From assembly GCF_009914755.1 (NCBI RefSeq), contig NC_060937.1: a DNA stretch of 64,000 bases; one strand, written 5' to 3'. The notes under the pieces are model-generated. The model was given only the letters and a program-made list of their open reading frames with translations. It was not told the origin of the DNA and made no database searches. Made by a program: the position numbers and the translations under genes. This document shows positions 16,697 through 38,319 of this stretch, piece by piece. How positions within the stretch are numbered: the stretch's first letter is position 1; each line of letters opens with the position of its first letter. This DNA comes from the human T2T-CHM13v2.0 reference genome, Homo sapiens.

Positions 16697-19014
16697 CACT
16701 GCTTGCTATTATTATTATGTTAAAATATGTGAACACAGAAAGTCTTTGCTGCTGTATCAAGCCCTTCATGATCCATTCTTTGTTCATTTCTTCAGTCTCA
16801 TCTCTTATTCCCCAGGTCATACTGTAATTAACAATTATATCACAATTCTTTTCAAAACCTGAAAGAACCAGGAGAGCTCTCTTTTGTTTCTTGGCCTTAA
16901 TAATGAATTAGTTTTTTTCCCCCCTAGGAATACTTTTCTTCCTCCATTCCTTTCTCTAGGCATCTTGTTCTAGTTAATGAATGAGAGTTAGGTCTCACTT
17001 TAGATGTCACTTCCTCCAGGAAACCTTCCTAACTATCCAAGGTTGGATTAGACATCCCTCTTCCATGCCCTGGTACTCCCTGCATCACAGCACTTATAAC
17101 ACCCTGTTGTAAAAGTACAGCTGCTGGTGCACATGTCTCCCTGGTACCAAACCTCAGGTATAGTAGTTACTCAATACATATTTATTGAATGAATACATTG
17201 AATAATATGATTTTGTAAATAATAAATTAAAAACACACTTCCCTTTAACACATTTTTACAAATTACAGTAAGAAGTAAAACATTAGATTAACTTTATGAA
17301 TATTAAATAAAATATTAAATAAACAAATTTAACTTTAGTTTGACAGTTTGTAAAGTTCTAAAAGTTCCATGTCTTGTGACCAGAGACACCAAGCTTATGA
17401 GGACTATTTAATAAGATTTCTGCACAAGTCAAAGTTAATGATTTACACAGAGTAGGTATTCTTTTTATTGGTAAAGAAATTAAACTTTAAGATGTTGAGG
17501 TACTTTCTTGATGACAAAAAGCATACGTATACTGAAATGGTTTTTCACATCCAAGTTAGCAGCACTATAGTGTCCTCTGTGACATGCAGTGCACTTTCTA
17601 CCATGAAGATGAAACCCAAACAACCCCACCCCTCTAGCCCTCACATTCTTCACTGCCCTCTCCAGCAGCCACTAATGGGACCCCCCAGTCTGCCATCAGC
17701 CTCACTGGGTGCATGATCTGTGTGAGTACCCACAGGTTGGGGGCTGCATAAGGGGACAGGCAGGACTGGGCAGACAGAATGGCATGCAGTTTATTCTGGG
17801 CTCAGGTACACCTGGAACCCATTTGTGGCACAGGCATGACACAGGAGGTAACACCAGCCAGGTCAGGCCAAGCTCCTGAAGTCCTAGCCCATCATCTGCC
17901 TGTGGCCTTCCAGGCTCCTTCTGGGCTAAAAAGGCAGAGAGATGGAGGAGAGAAAGGGGCACCTCAGGATGATTAGCTGGGTCCCCGGTGGGTGAGAAGG
18001 TGCAGGAAGCAGGGTCAAAAGAAATCAAATGAAGGAGAGTGTCTAGGAAAGAGGTGTCATGTATGCAAGAGGCTGGTAAAAGGGAGGGACAGACTGGACC
18101 CAGCCTGTTTAAGACCTTTGTACTGAGGGCAGCTGCTGTATCCTGGGGCAACGGGAAAGAAAACACACTTTAGCACTGGATTCCAGTCCAGGTCATAACA
18201 ACAGTTAACATTTGCAGTGCGTTTCTCTTCCTTGTGTCCTTTATTCTTGGCTCTGAAAAGACAGAGTTCTCCAAGTCTTATTCCTCAACCTGCACACCAG
18301 ACCTTTCCCCACTGATTAGTCCTCTCTCTTTGGAATGTCTTTCTATTCCCCTACTAGCTCCTTTACACTTGTCTTAACACATGTTTGTTTCCCTCTATTG
18401 CAAGACAATAATAACCTCCCTCCACAACTTCACCACCTGAGTTCCTGAAGTGTAGTCCATTCTCCTTCCCACTCCTCCCTTTGCACCGTGATTTCCTGAT
18501 TCGTCTTCTACCCCTTTTTATTGGTAAAAAAATTAAACTGTGAGGGGACTTCTGTGCGCTTAGAACTCCACATCTTAGCTCCATTTCCTAACAGTGCTCT
18601 GACCTTGGACAAATTGTTTAATTCCTGAACCTTGGTCTCCTCATCTATAAAATGGGGATAATGATAATCTCCTCATATGGTTGTTCTGATGATTAAAACT
18701 AAAGTGTCACTCATTTAAAAGAGAGCTTTAAAAACCTGTTATGTGCAAAAGTTTTTAAAACCTATGGGTTTCTAATTCTAGTAGCCACTAAAAGTATATG
18801 ACTTCCTGCATTAATAATGAGAGGCAATGCTCCCCAAGTAATTTGTGTGACATAAAAGTAATAATCCTCCTATTTCTTTTCCTTTTCAGCTGGGGTTTTT
18901 ATGCATGTAAAGAACTCATATCATGCCAGACATTTTTAGTACAGTCTTTCATTTCGCCCTCCAAGGGTACTAAGAAATTGGTATTATAATGCTTGTTTTA
19001 AAATGGGAGAAACA

Positions 19015-19490
<476 letters not shown>

Positions 19491-19977
19491 TCACTCTTCT
19501 TGCCATGATTCCTTCCTTGCATAGTTTTCCAAAAGAAAAGTGTCCCTAACCCTCTTTGAGAAAACCACTGCATAAACATTGCTGCATTTCTTGCTTCAGG
19601 TTAGTCCCTTAACCTGGCCTGGTTTTGCTGAAGTTCCCTGCCCCTGGTGTCGAAGGCCAACAATTGGCCACTGCTCCCACTGTGCTCTCCAGCCTCCTTG
19701 ACTCCCGATTCCTTTTCTGCCGATGGGCACTCAGCTTGGTCCTGAGCCACCTGCCTTGGCACTTCCTTCATCCCCCTTGCCCCAGTTCTCAGCACTTCAC
19801 CTGGGCTTGATTCATGCTATTCAGTTCTTGACAGCCCCCTTACTACAATCTAGAACTCAGTCCTTTAAAGCAGCTGGGGCCTTGCCACTGCCCAGATGAA
19901 GTCTGCTGAATGTATTCTCAGGGATCACGAGAGCTACATTCCTCATCCTTTACTCTGCTTGCTTGGTGGGAACCCCA

Positions 19978-20267
<290 letters not shown>

Positions 20268-20377
20268 TGTAACCCCCTGCAGTAACCCAACATTTTGCTG
20301 TTGTTTGAATCACAACTAAACCTGTCACATTGTATCTTAATCCTAGATCTAATTTTGCACCCTTGCCCAGCCTAGAA

Positions 20378-23179
<2,802 letters not shown>

Positions 23180-23402
23180 CCCTAGCGGACAGAACCCTAT
23201 GCCCCTGTTATTTTGCCTTCTCCTCTGCTCCATTGCTACCTCATTCTCAGGCCCCAAATACATTTTTTCTGTATTTAGGGATTTATATTTTCATAATTGT
23301 GTTCTACATTGATTTTTTTGTTAACCTAATTATGAGCAATTATTAATAATTTTCTTCTCTCATAAGCAAAGAATGCTTATTGTGGGAAAACAAAGAATAT
23401 AA

Positions 23403-23756
<354 letters not shown>

Positions 23757-24339
23757 AATATATTTTAAATAATTTTTAAGTTTTTTTTGTCTCTTTATAT
23801 TGTATGGGATGAGGGCAGGAGAGAAAGATAAGATCATCTGTAGAATTTGCACACCTGAGTTGTGGTCTATAAGAAATCGAGAATATCACTGCACACTTGG
23901 CTACATGAAGAACCATGAAGGCCATTCTCACTAAAGACAGCAGGGATAATCTAGCCAATGAGACTAGAGAATAGTTTGGTTTGTTATGAATCCTCTTTTT
24001 GTGTGTTTCAGATTACTTTCATAAAGTAAAATGGGGGCTGAAATTTCCATCTCTTGCTTCAGGTTCATTATTACTACGATGCCATCTGCTTATGAACCTG
24101 CTTCAAGTGTAATCCTCAATGAGAAAGTCTTTATCAGATTATTTCTATGAGAAGGTTTGTTAGACTCCAATGTATGCTCCATAAAAGCTCTGGCTGGGTG
24201 GGCAGTGGAATGCTGCAGCGCTTTGCTTTTCCAGTGTGAGGACTCTATGCCTGTATTTTAGTAGGTTACATTCCCCATTGAAGAGAATCCATGGTCTCCA
24301 GGTGTTGTGTCAGAGGGAAGGAATATCCTTCTATGCTTG

Positions 24340-24560
24340 CAGGCTGTGCTGATAATGGACCTCTGAGTCCCCAGGAGCATGAACACCAAAACCTACTGAG
24401 ATACACCAATGCTGTATTGGATTATTCCAAAGATGACACCACAAGCATACATAGCTCATTCCACGTGTACTTCTTACAATGTTCCTGACTTCTCCCCCTA
24501 ATAAGTGAGGGTCTATATTCTATACTCTTCAATCTGGACAAGGTCTTTTTCTTCTCTTTT

Positions 24561-24591
<31 letters not shown>

Positions 24592-24890
24592 TAGTTCCAA
24601 CCAATTCATTTGGTGGAAGTGATGCTATGTGACTTCTGAGGTGACTTTATAAAAAGGATAGAGCTTTCACCTAGCTCTCACTCTTGACATACACCATAGG
24701 AATCCTGATCCTACATGTAAGAAGTCAGTTCAGCTACTTCAAAGCTATGATGCTGTGAGGAGTTGTGGGGAGGGCTCTTGGAGATAGGGAGAAATACCCA
24801 AGGATTCCCAGTTATGATAGCCCTCAGCTGTTTTGAGTCTTCCAGCATCAGCTGCCAGAATATGAGTGAGCCAAGTAAACCTATAGATTC
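24340..24890 (+). mobile_element. Degenerate MLT1-type LTR with internal polyT tract
   Basis: GGAAGTGATGCTATGTGACTTCTGAGG and other MLT1-like motifs. Confidence 0.5.
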
Positions 24891-24949
24891 CTGGCAGAGT
24901 CAAAAGTAAGACCCCTCTAGATAGGTGGCTCCATAAGGCATGCATTACT

Positions 24950-27030
24950 TCCACGGAGAACAAGTCCTACTGAAGAGAAGCTCACAGAAAACATAAAGCT
25001 TGCAAGGAAACAAGCCACTGCAAATATGAGTCAGCAAAGGCAACAAATGCGAGAATTTACACACCAGCAACTCTAGATAATAGATCAACTTGAAACCCAC
25101 TTCTAAATAAATGTGTTTAAAATGTTTAAAAAGACAAAGAAAGACTAGACTCTAAGAGAAAGTTAGATATTATGAAAAAAGAATGTAAATTTGAAAAATA
25201 ATGAACATTCTAGAAATGTAAATAAAAAGTTAATGGACATATTATAGACTGAATATAATTGCAAAGAGAATTAGGGAATCAGATAATAAATTTGAGGAAA
25301 TTACCCAAGACTAGCAAAGAGAAGTAAAAAGATGGAAAATTCTAAAGAAAAATTAAGACATGGAGGATAAAATGAGAAACTCCAGCCCATAGCTAATAGG
25401 AGCTCTAGAAGGATAAAACAGAGGAAAATGCATGGAGTAGGGGGTGGGGTAAGTAATATTTGAATACATAAGGGCTGAAAAATTTCCAGAATTGAAGGAT
25501 TTTGGGGTCTTCAGGTTAAAATGCACACCAAGTCCTGAACAAGATATACAAAAACAAAACCCACCTTGAAACAGTGCAATAATGCAAATATCAAGTGATA
25601 AAAGAAAATGTTAACTAGAGAGAAAAAAAATCTGTAAGTGATAATGAGACTGACTGCAGACTTCTAATCAACAGCAGCAGATGACAAAAGATAATGGAAT
25701 AGTCACTTTGAAATGTTAGTGTCAATGATGTCAATTTAGAATTCCCTAGCTGATAAAATTATTACTCAAAAGCATAAGGGAAATGGAGTGAGAGTGATAT
25801 ACAAAGTTGTAGAAAATTTTACCCACAGACCTTTGGTGAAAGAACTCCTAAAGAATGTGCTTCCTCAAGACAGAAATTAAGCCCAAAAGGAAAGCATGAG
25901 ATAAAAAAACAAGCAATAAGAGAAAACATTGGTAAAATATGTTGGTAAACTGAATTAGATAATAACTATAAAAGCAGTAACAATGATGACTAATCAGTAG
26001 AGAATTTAAAATAAGAGGGAATTTAAAAATACTAGACAGTAATACATAGTTTATAGGAGGGGAATTTGAGAGTTAAAATGTTTTCTTTTGTTTAAGATCT
26101 TGAAAAGAAGGGGGAGATATTAACTAACCTTTGATATTAAGTATAAATGTTAACATTTTAAGGGTAATCACTAAGAATTGAAACAGGAGGTATACATTTT
26201 AAATCAGTAGAAGTGTTTAGAAAAGTGAGTAAACTAAAGAAAATTCAATCAATTCAATTAATAAAACAGCAGGCAAGAAAGGAGAAAAAAGAAGCAAAGA
26301 AAAAGAAAGTGAAATAAATACAAAATGAGAATGTGGTAATAAATCCAAAGATAGTCATCATAATTTAACAGAGAGTGCTAGTTTTCAGCAAAATCTGTTA
26401 AGTCTTCGGTAGTAATAGAATTGCGGTTGGGATACAGCTGTCCAGCTAGTGACCTCATTTTCCTGCTCCTTTGCTGCTAGCTACGGTCATGAAACTAAGT
26501 TCTGGCCATTGGGATATGAGCAGGTGAGAAGTGGGTCACCACTCACTTCTGGGTCTGGGCCTTAAGCAGTTGGGTTTGTGCTCCTTTATGCTCTCTTCTT
26601 CCTTCCTTAAACAGGGTCTCCCTAATCAGCTTTCACCCTGTAGATAAGGGCAATGCTCTAGAAATTGGAACGGCAATGTGGAACAAAGAAGCCACCCCCA
26701 ACAAACTGACCACTAATCCTGGCACTGTTCCATGAGAGAAAGCAACACTGTGTGTCTGGTGAGGCAGGGGGAAGGATCTTTCTTATGACAACTTTTTATT
26801 CTAATTAATAGACATGATAAATGAAAACAGATGAAAATAGACTACTAAAAGGCAGACTCTCAGAACGGGTCAATAATATAAAAATTCAAGTGTTATTTAC
26901 AAGACACACTTAAAACATAATGACTCAGACTGGTTTAAAATAAAAAGATGGAGAGATTCTTGGCAACCACTAACAAAAATCTACAAAATAGAATCATACT
27001 AAACAGAATTTAAGGGGAAAAATAATGGAT
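24950..27030 (+). mobile_element. Ancient L1M fragment (ORF1/inter-ORF region) with a nested MLT1-like piece at ~26400-26810
   Basis: A-rich strand bias; GAAAAATTTCCAGAATTGAAG and GACTGACTGCAGACTTCT ORF1-like motifs; no open frame. Confidence 0.55.
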
Positions 27031-27033
27031 AGC

Positions 27034-27384
27034 TGTCATAGTCTGTTTCGGCTGCTCTAACAACATACCATAGACTGGGTGGCTAATAACAGAAATGTAT
27101 TTCTTACAGCTCTGGAGGCTGGGAAGTGCAAGATGCAGATGTGTTGTCTGGCGAGGGCCCGTTTCCTCATAGTTAGCCATCTGCTCACTTTAACCTCACA
27201 TGGCAGAAGGAGTCAGAAGTCTCTTTCTGGACCTCTTTTATAAGGGCACTAATCCCATTTATGAGGGCTCAACCCTCATGACCAAATAGTCTTCCAAAAT
27301 TCCTACTTCCTAATACCATCACCCTGGGAATGAGGATTTCAACATATGAATTTTGGGGAGACATAAACATTCAGACCATAGAAA
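27034..27384 (-). mobile_element. MaLR solo LTR (MLT1A-like)
   Basis: Reverse complement of the same family: TGTCATAGTCTGTTTCGGCTGCT ... AAACATTCAGACCATAG. Confidence 0.8.
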
Positions 27385-27619
27385 CAGGCAGACATATAAT
27401 GAACTGAACTGGGCAAACTGAGTTCAAGTCCTGGCTCTGAAGTATATACAGTAGAACCTTGGGCAGATTGCTTTATTCCTTTGTAGCTTCAGTTTCCATT
27501 TCTATAAAAGGTGATAATGATATATCTTTTGCAGAACTGTCAAGAGTGAAATGAGATAACGCATGGGAAAACGATTTTCTATAAGCCACAAAAATATAAT
27601 AACTCAAGGTACATCACAT

Positions 27620-29100
<1,481 letters not shown>

Positions 29101-29589
29101 GCAGTCCCCGTGGAACAGCCGGCACAGAAGTCGGTTTGCAGGATCCTGAAGAATTAGAGGGCTGGGGACGGGCTAGATCAATTATGTGTTTTTGACTTGA
29201 CGATTTGTTTTTAAAATTTGTGAATGCATTTGACATGATGGCATGATTGAGGGCCCTGAAAAGATGCTGAAAGAACGAACCTGAAAGTCCAGGAGGAGGA
29301 GTAACCTGTGTAAAGCCAGTCACACTTGGACTGGAACTAGATGAAAATCGCTTACAATGCCAAGATGATCCGAAACGCTTTTTCAAAGGGCAGGAGGAGA
29401 CTTGCTGTTTACTGAGTGCTCACTGAGAGCCAGCCCATGTCCTAATTTGAGTCTAGGGATAAAACTGGAAGACAGATCGACTCCTTAGCCGGTTCTTTCC
29501 ATGAAAACGTTGATAATGAATTTAAAAAGCACGCCCTCAAGTTTAACCTCTCCTGTAGTTGGTAACCCATCTGCATTCTTTTGAACGTC

Positions 29590-31070
29590 ACAAGGAAGAA
29601 ACGGTGCCCGGCGCAGCTTGCCCTGGAGCGTAGCTGGAGTGCGGCTGAGTTTTCGCTCCGCTGAAGCCGGTTACTGTCCAGTGGGATTTCGCTCAAGCCT
29701 CAGCACCCCCAGGAGGGGAGGCGCCTGCAGCGCGGGCCGCCAGCGTTTGGAGGGAGGCGGGTGCGGGCTGCACCGGGAGACGGCGAGAGCGAGAGACAGG
29801 GGCGCTGGGAGGCGTCTCCCGGGACCCGCGTCTGCTCCCGTCGCCAGCGCGGTGGCCAGCCTAGCCCAGCCCAGCCCGGGCTTTCCTCGCCGCTCTCCGC
29901 GCGCCCGGCCCCGGGGGAGGCCGCTCCTCTCCGCGCGGCCGCCCGGTGCCCGTGACCACCCGGCGGCCGCTTTCGGTTCCGCGCCTTATAAGGCCTGACA
30001 GGGGGGTCACGTGTGTCCCGGGCCACCCGCCGGGAGGAGGGGCGGCGGGGGGGAGGGGCGGGTAGCGGGGAGGAAAAGGGGAGGGCGCCGGGGGCGGAGG
30101 AAGGAGCGAGGGGCGGATTCTGCGCCCGTGGGAGGCTGCGGCGGTGGCGGGGAGCGGACCGCTCGGAGCCGCGCAGGGGAGCGGGACCGTGGAGAAGGAG
30201 GAGGCGGCGGAGGAGGAAGGGACCGGCGCGGGGGCGGGAGAGCGCGGCGGAAGCCGGAGACGGCGGGTGGGCCGGTGGCTGGCCCCGGGCGGGGAGCCGG
30301 GGCGGCGGCGGCGGCGGCCGAGAGGGACCGCGGCGAGGGAAGCGCATCCAGGAGCCCCGGCGCAGCGGCGGCGGCGGGGACCCGGGTCTGCGCGCCCGGG
30401 CGGCCGGCGGGCGCGGGCTGGCGCGATGGAGCCTCAGCACGTGCGCCCCGCGCCCGGCGCCCGCAGCCCAGCGTGGGAGGAACCGGTGGGTACCGCGCCC
30501 GCGCCCACCCCCTCCCGCTTCTCCTTTGCTCCCCCCGCCCGGGCCGGGTTCCGTTCAGGAAATGGCCCGGGATGAGGTCCCCAGCTGCTTCCCAGCCGGG
30601 TTAGCGCTTCCTCCGCCGCCCGGGCTCCTCCTCGCGCGCCGCCTGGAGCGCCTTTGTCCGGCTGATCGAGGCTCTCCCCGAGGAACCGCTGGCAAACCGC
30701 TGGCGACGGCCCTGCGAGGACCGTTTCCCGGCTTCACCGACTCCTCAACTTTTCACTTGCTTTGAGACCGTGGAATGTAGGCGGGGGAGAGGAGAAGCCA
30801 GGCTGCGCGGTCAGCGTGGGGAGTCTGAGGAGCCCGGTTTTCCCTGTCGAGACCGCGCCCTGGTCGTCACCTGGGCGCGCAGGTTCCCGGGGACACGCGC
30901 CTGGAGAGGCTGAGCGCGGCGCGGAGCCCAGAACCACGCCTCCGACTCCTGCCAGCCGCTAAAGCTTGGGCGTCTGGAGGGTGCAACGGGTTTTGCCGGG
31001 GACGAAGCAGAAAGCTGACTTCGCTTTCGCCTGGGATTTCGCTGCACACGCAACGCGGAGGTTGAGTAAT
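29590..31070. promoter_or_regulatory. DGKH: CpG island; probable upstream/alternative DGKH promoter
   Basis: Very GC- and CpG-rich and repeat-free. TATAAG near 29987, GTCACGTG E-box at 30006-30013, GC boxes, (GGC)6 at 30301-30318, donor-like sites at 29670 and 30486. Confidence 0.85.
30426..30485 (+). CDS. Candidate alternative upstream coding exon of DGKH (MEPQHVRPAPGARSPAWEEP)
   Basis: GCGATGG strong Kozak; exactly 20 codons to donor CCG|GTGGGT; in frame with the 38308 acceptor and the DGKH ATG. Inferred only. Confidence 0.45.
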
Positions 31071-31532
31071 TTTAGGAACCAAGAGTAGTGTGTGTGCGTG
31101 TCTTAAGTGTGCGAGGATAAGGAGGAAGAGACCAGGGGGCTTTGGATTTGTTCCCTCAGACTCCCTCAACTTCCTTCTCTCTTCCGATTCAAACAGAACC
31201 GTCTCACATCCCTCCAGGGATTCCACCCCGGAATCCCCCTCTCACTCAGAGCTCTGGAAGCCTGTGTGGGCTGCCTTTTCCCTGGCGTCGAATTTTGACT
31301 CTCCACGCCCTGCCTCGATATTTGCTACTCCTTCTTGGTTGACATTGTGAGCCAGTCTGAAAAGCCCCGTCCGAAATTTCTGGCCTCACCCATGTTCCGG
31401 TCAACGTGTTCGGATGCTGTTTTCCCAGGGACTCTCCGAGTCTGCTCAGGCCGGCCCTCTGCCTGTTGAGAGCCGCTAGGTCAGGTGCCAGGGTTGGCTG
31501 TCCTTTTTCTTTTCTAGTATATACGCTCTCAG

Positions 31533-31568
31533 CTCCTTTGCCCAGAGTACCTCCTTTGCCCAGAGTAC
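31533..31568. repeat. Perfect 18-bp tandem duplication (CTCCTTTGCCCAGAGTAC x2)
   Basis: Directly visible. Confidence 0.95.
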
Positions 31569-32894
31569 GTTTCTCGGCCTGATTCCTGACCTTTCAGAAG
31601 CGTCCTTCGACTCTGATCCCTCTGCATCTGCAGCTGTCTTTGCTTTCGTGAATTTGAACATGTCGTCAGGTTGCCCATCTGCTCTTGTTTCTTCCATTGT
31701 GGTTATCACAGGGGCTTAAGCTAGTCTCCAAATTAAAAATACAATCCAGTTTTGAAGTTTAAATCAAAGATCATTGAGAACTAAATTCAGTGACTTTACT
31801 TTTAAACTTTCCTGTAGGAACCTGCATACTTTAAGCCAACACCAATCACAATGGAAATATCCGGGTGTATGTGTTTTGCTTTAGGCTGCTGATGTCGGAA
31901 CTACTTAACATTTAGAAAATTAGATAATTTTTTTTTCTTCTCAAAAGTAACAAGTAAAATGCTCATTTATTTTCCACAGAAAATATTCAGTTTCCAGTCT
32001 TAGCACTGGAGCCTCTAAAACTAGAGCCCTAACATAAATGTGTGAATGGACTACAATACTTTATTCAGACTGCAGAGCCATCTTTTAAAAATTAGGTTTA
32101 TTTTCTTTAAACACTGAAGGCCTTTTCATTTGCTCTGCACCTATTTTCATTCCGCACCTATTATGTTCCGGGACTGTTGGATAGCAGTTACCAACAACAG
32201 AGAAACAGATCCTTGACCTCAGAAAGCTAACGTTCTTAACTAAACAGAATGTCTTGTTTCGTATATGTTAATGGTTTACAATCAGAAAGTCACAAAAAAT
32301 ACATTCAGAGATCATGGCTATGTGGCATAAAATAATACTTTTTACAAGCGACTTTATTCTAAACCCTGTGGTCATACAGATATCACCAAGTCCATCGAAG
32401 AACTAATGAAGGGAATTTTCATTTAACTTCTTAAAAAAGACAATTTATCCAAATTACTAAAAAGTGGCATATAAAGATAAATGTGGGATACATTAGGGAA
32501 AAAAGTAGTGTTTAAATGTTAAACCTTTCAGGCATTTGGAGCAAGGGGAAAAGGGGGTGGAGAGACAGATTAAATATGTTTTGAAGGGACACAAAATCCA
32601 TCAAAATTGGGGATTTGTGACCTTTTTTGGGGTCAGCAATCCCTTTAAGAATCTGATCAAAGCTATGGACCCTTTTTCCCTCAAACATGCACTTATGTGA
32701 CATATATGTTACATACATATGCTTTATATATGTATTGATGTGTGTGTGTATATATATATGTAAAACATTTTAATACAATTTCAAGAGTACCACAGATTTC
32801 TTTAAGACCAATCTGTGGATCCTCAAAGACCTCAGGTTAGGAATACCTGCTTTGACTTGGACTCCATTTCAAAGTTTTTTTTTAATTTAAAAAC

Positions 32895-34872
<1,978 letters not shown>

Positions 34873-37800
34873 TTTGCTTTATTTTGAAATGGTTTTATAC
34901 TAGTTAGCGCTGATAAAACTATCCAGGTCGAAAGGAAAATTAGGAAGGAAAGAGTTTCAAAGGATAGGGCCAAAATGTAAATGAGAGGTTATAAACATCT
35001 TTGCATTAGGTCTAGATGATGAAAGGTTTTTGCCTCAGATACGAGGATGACCATATGTATATGCAGTTAATATCACAGTTAATCCCCAAATCTTTTTCAT
35101 TCAGGTAACAACTAAGGAAATGGTAATAGGTTAAAAGTTTCGAATGTTAAATTCTTAATATGTAGCAAATAGCGTGTTCTTAAGTTTTAATTAAGGCAGC
35201 TTCTCAATGCCTGTACTTGGTCAACCTGCAGTATTCTTTGCATGGTTCCTTATTGATTAGGAACACAAGTCCTAGAACACTTTGAACTCTTCAGGATATA
35301 AAATGTAACATTCTGCGTATTTATGTTGTAATATTTAAGATAAAGCCATAGAATATGTGAGATTTGAAAGTTGCCAATGGGTATAAAACCCCTTTTGTTA
35401 TGAGTAGTGATCAGTAAAAATACAATTCAAAATACCTCTGTAGAAAATAATACACGAATATTCATAAAGTTGACATGAAATTTGGCTGTGACTTACACAT
35501 CTTCAGTCTAATAGGTGTTCTTTGTTTTAATGGGCCAGGATCTCTATTAAGTAAAAACCTAATTTAGGGGTAGCTACCACCTATTTCCATTTCACCCTAA
35601 ATGCAGTGTCTACACAGCTTATGTTGAAGTCTTTAATAGTGTGTTTGTCACATGTTCTGAACAGAGATTTCAAAGTAACAATAAAAATGTAAGATGCATC
35701 TAAGCAATTACTGAAAAATCTGAAATCACTAAGTAAGGAAAAGATCAAGGAATTCTTATAAATCAAATAAATAATGTAAGATACCACATATTTGAAATTG
35801 TTTCAGTTGCTATTTTGAGCTACATGGTTGAAATGGTTGGAAAGATTGAGACCTTGACCTTGTAATACTCTTGAGGAAGGTGAAGTACATTGCAGGTACA
35901 CAGTGCACAAATTAGATATTCATTCTAAAAACTTCTAATTTACAGATAAGACCGAGAAGAGGCTAGTAAGTCAGGTATCTTAAATAATGGATTCGTTGAA
36001 ACTGGCTCTTCAGAAGAGGTGATTGCAGAAGTGCAAAGCTGGCTCTGAGGTTAAATCTTTATGAGAAAGGAATACCTTTACTTTGAGGTATTAAATGGCT
36101 CAGCTCTGGGATATGAAACTTTTTAAGTATCTTTAAGCAATCAGTGTTCAAATCAAAGAGTGAGATGCGTAATCTGACCTGTTAAAATCACAAAATCAGG
36201 CTGGGCATTAGATAATGCCTTTCAGTTTAATCACTCGCTGCCTGGATTCTGGAAAATGTTGCTATATAAAACACATAATGTATGAATAGAAGTATATGGT
36301 AACTGACAGACTTTTGTTATACAGTGTGATAAAGTGAATAGAACATTAGAATACTAACCGCATGATTTTGACTTTGGTCTCAGTTTGTCAATTGGGGCCT
36401 TAGTTTCTTTACATTAAAGGAGAAGACTAAACTAAGTTTATTCTTTCAAAAGACCCTTTACTAGGTGTCCTTGTCTACATTTCCAAAATATTGGACTTGT
36501 CCATGACCAAACAGGTGGGAATGAAGGCCATTATTTTGATTATTTTTCTCTTTTAAGAATTTCCAGAAATATGTTCTTTGTAGATAAAGAATTACATATT
36601 TGTAGAGTTCTAAGCGTTCTTAAAATTCATTTTGCCCAACTCCTTCCTTTCCTAAAGGAGACAACAGAAGCTGCAGAAATAGCCTCTCTGTTATTATTAC
36701 ATAGCAGCAGTCTCCTGTCTTTAAATATTTGAACTAAACACATTTTACATTTTAATGAATTTAATTTACAGTGTGATGTCCAGTATTGGGATTGCATACT
36801 ATTTCTTAAAACTTCTTAGAACTGTTAGCTCTAATATATCAAATTTCTTGTTGGGAGTAAGACTGCAAGTTAAAAAAAAAAATTAGAACCTTAGTTTGGA
36901 GGAACCTTAAAGGTCATGTCAACTGAAAAAATACGAAAGGAATGGTACTGAAAGGCATGAACATAACAGAGATTGAATGCTTTCTCCAGGTGGAGAGACT
37001 CCACAGTCTGGCAGGGACTTTTTGTCCTATTTAAAAATATAGCTAACACCAGTTTGGTGTTCTCTTTGGATGACAAGAGGGATCTGTCGTTTTAATGTCT
37101 TCTCTCGCAGCCCCCTCACCGCAGCCCCCTCACACCTGTGAGGCTTCTTTGACGTTGAGCGTGCACAACCCGCTGCCAGTCCGCGGTTCCCAAGTGCCCG
37201 CGCAGCCAGCTTGCAGGGGAGTTGTGCGCGGTGGCTACAGCCTGTTGATCCCATTTCCTCCTGCTCTAGTCCGGGCTAGGGAGTGGCTCTGCCAGGACTT
37301 CCAAGGCTTTTTGTCTCCGGTACTGGTGTTCGCATGGCTCGAGTGTATTGTTTTCTTCCAGGCAATCTCGGTTAGCGCTTCAGCTTAGACACTTCTTGTG
37401 CGTTCTGTCGTCTTGGGCTGCGTGTAGTCTCTTGTTTCTGCGCTTTCTCCACGCCCTTCCCAGTTTCCTGTTAGCCGAAGGGGATCGCTCTTTCTGAACG
37501 AAAAGTTCTCAGAGCGGAGCTGAACCTCCCGGAAAATGCTCTTCTCTTCCGTGTGCGCCGGATGGGGGTGGGGGTGGGCCAGAAACTGAACGCCGCCGTC
37601 AGGAGAGCTGAGGGGACCCGACGGCCCTGGCGGAGGCGGGAGAGGTACGGTCCTCGGAGTGGGGCTGGGGGTGGGGAAACCGACGAGGGGCAGCCCCCGA
37701 CTGTCTTGGTGGCAGAGGGGACTTTTATTCAGCTGGAACCGCGCGGCGAGGCCCAAGTGTCTCTGGAGAGATTCGGGGTTCAGGAGGTGGCGGGTGCACC

Positions 37801-38205
37801 CAAGGGTGCTGGGAGGAAGCTCCCAGGTTCCCATTCTTCCCCAGGGATCGGCGTTGCCCCTGCTGTCCAGAAGTGAGAGGGGGTGTGCGGGCATCGCCAC
37901 TACGGGGTGGGCTGCAGAGGTTTCCTGCCTCCCCCACCCTCCTGTCCATCCTAGGGACCCCAGACCGTAGAGGGAGTGGAAGAGATGTTGCTCCAAACCC
38001 TGTCACCCCATCCTCTCTACCCGCGCTGGTCCTATCCGAGGCTGGGTGCGCAGGGGTCCGAGGCGGGCGGGGGTCCGTTACCTCTGCGTCCCACCGTGGC
38101 CGCCGCTCCGGCGGGAACCGAGCGGAGGAGCCGGGTGGACCCCTGCCTGGAGGGCGCCTGCCCCGGGCGACCCTTACCTCGCGGGGGTAGCTAGGGAAAC
38201 GGAAG

Positions 38206-38265
38206 ATGGCGGCGGCGGCCGGGCACGGGGTTCCGGGCTCCGCTCGGGCAGAGCCCACCCGCTGA
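38206..38265 (+). other. uORF (19 aa, MAAAAGHGVPGSARAEPTR*) in frame with the DGKH CDS
   Basis: AAGATGG Kozak; TGA at 38263-38265; ATG is 114 nt upstream of the main ATG. Confidence 0.5.
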
Positions 38266-38307
38266 CCAACGCCGCCGCCCCCGCCGGGCGGTGCTGTGTC
38301 CCCGCAG
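38262..38307 (+). other. DGKH: 3' splice acceptor 12 nt upstream of the DGKH ATG, with candidate branch point
   Basis: GTGCTGTGTCCCCGCAG|GAG with AG at 38306-38307; CTGAC at 38262-38266. Implies an upstream exon can splice in. Confidence 0.75.
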
Positions 38308-38319
38308 GAGTCGGAGAGG

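Noticed and set aside
29618-31350. Multiple overlapping 60-250 aa ORFs on both strands
   Set aside because: GC-rich artefacts, mostly with non-ATG starts; only the ATG at 30426 has supporting splice logic.
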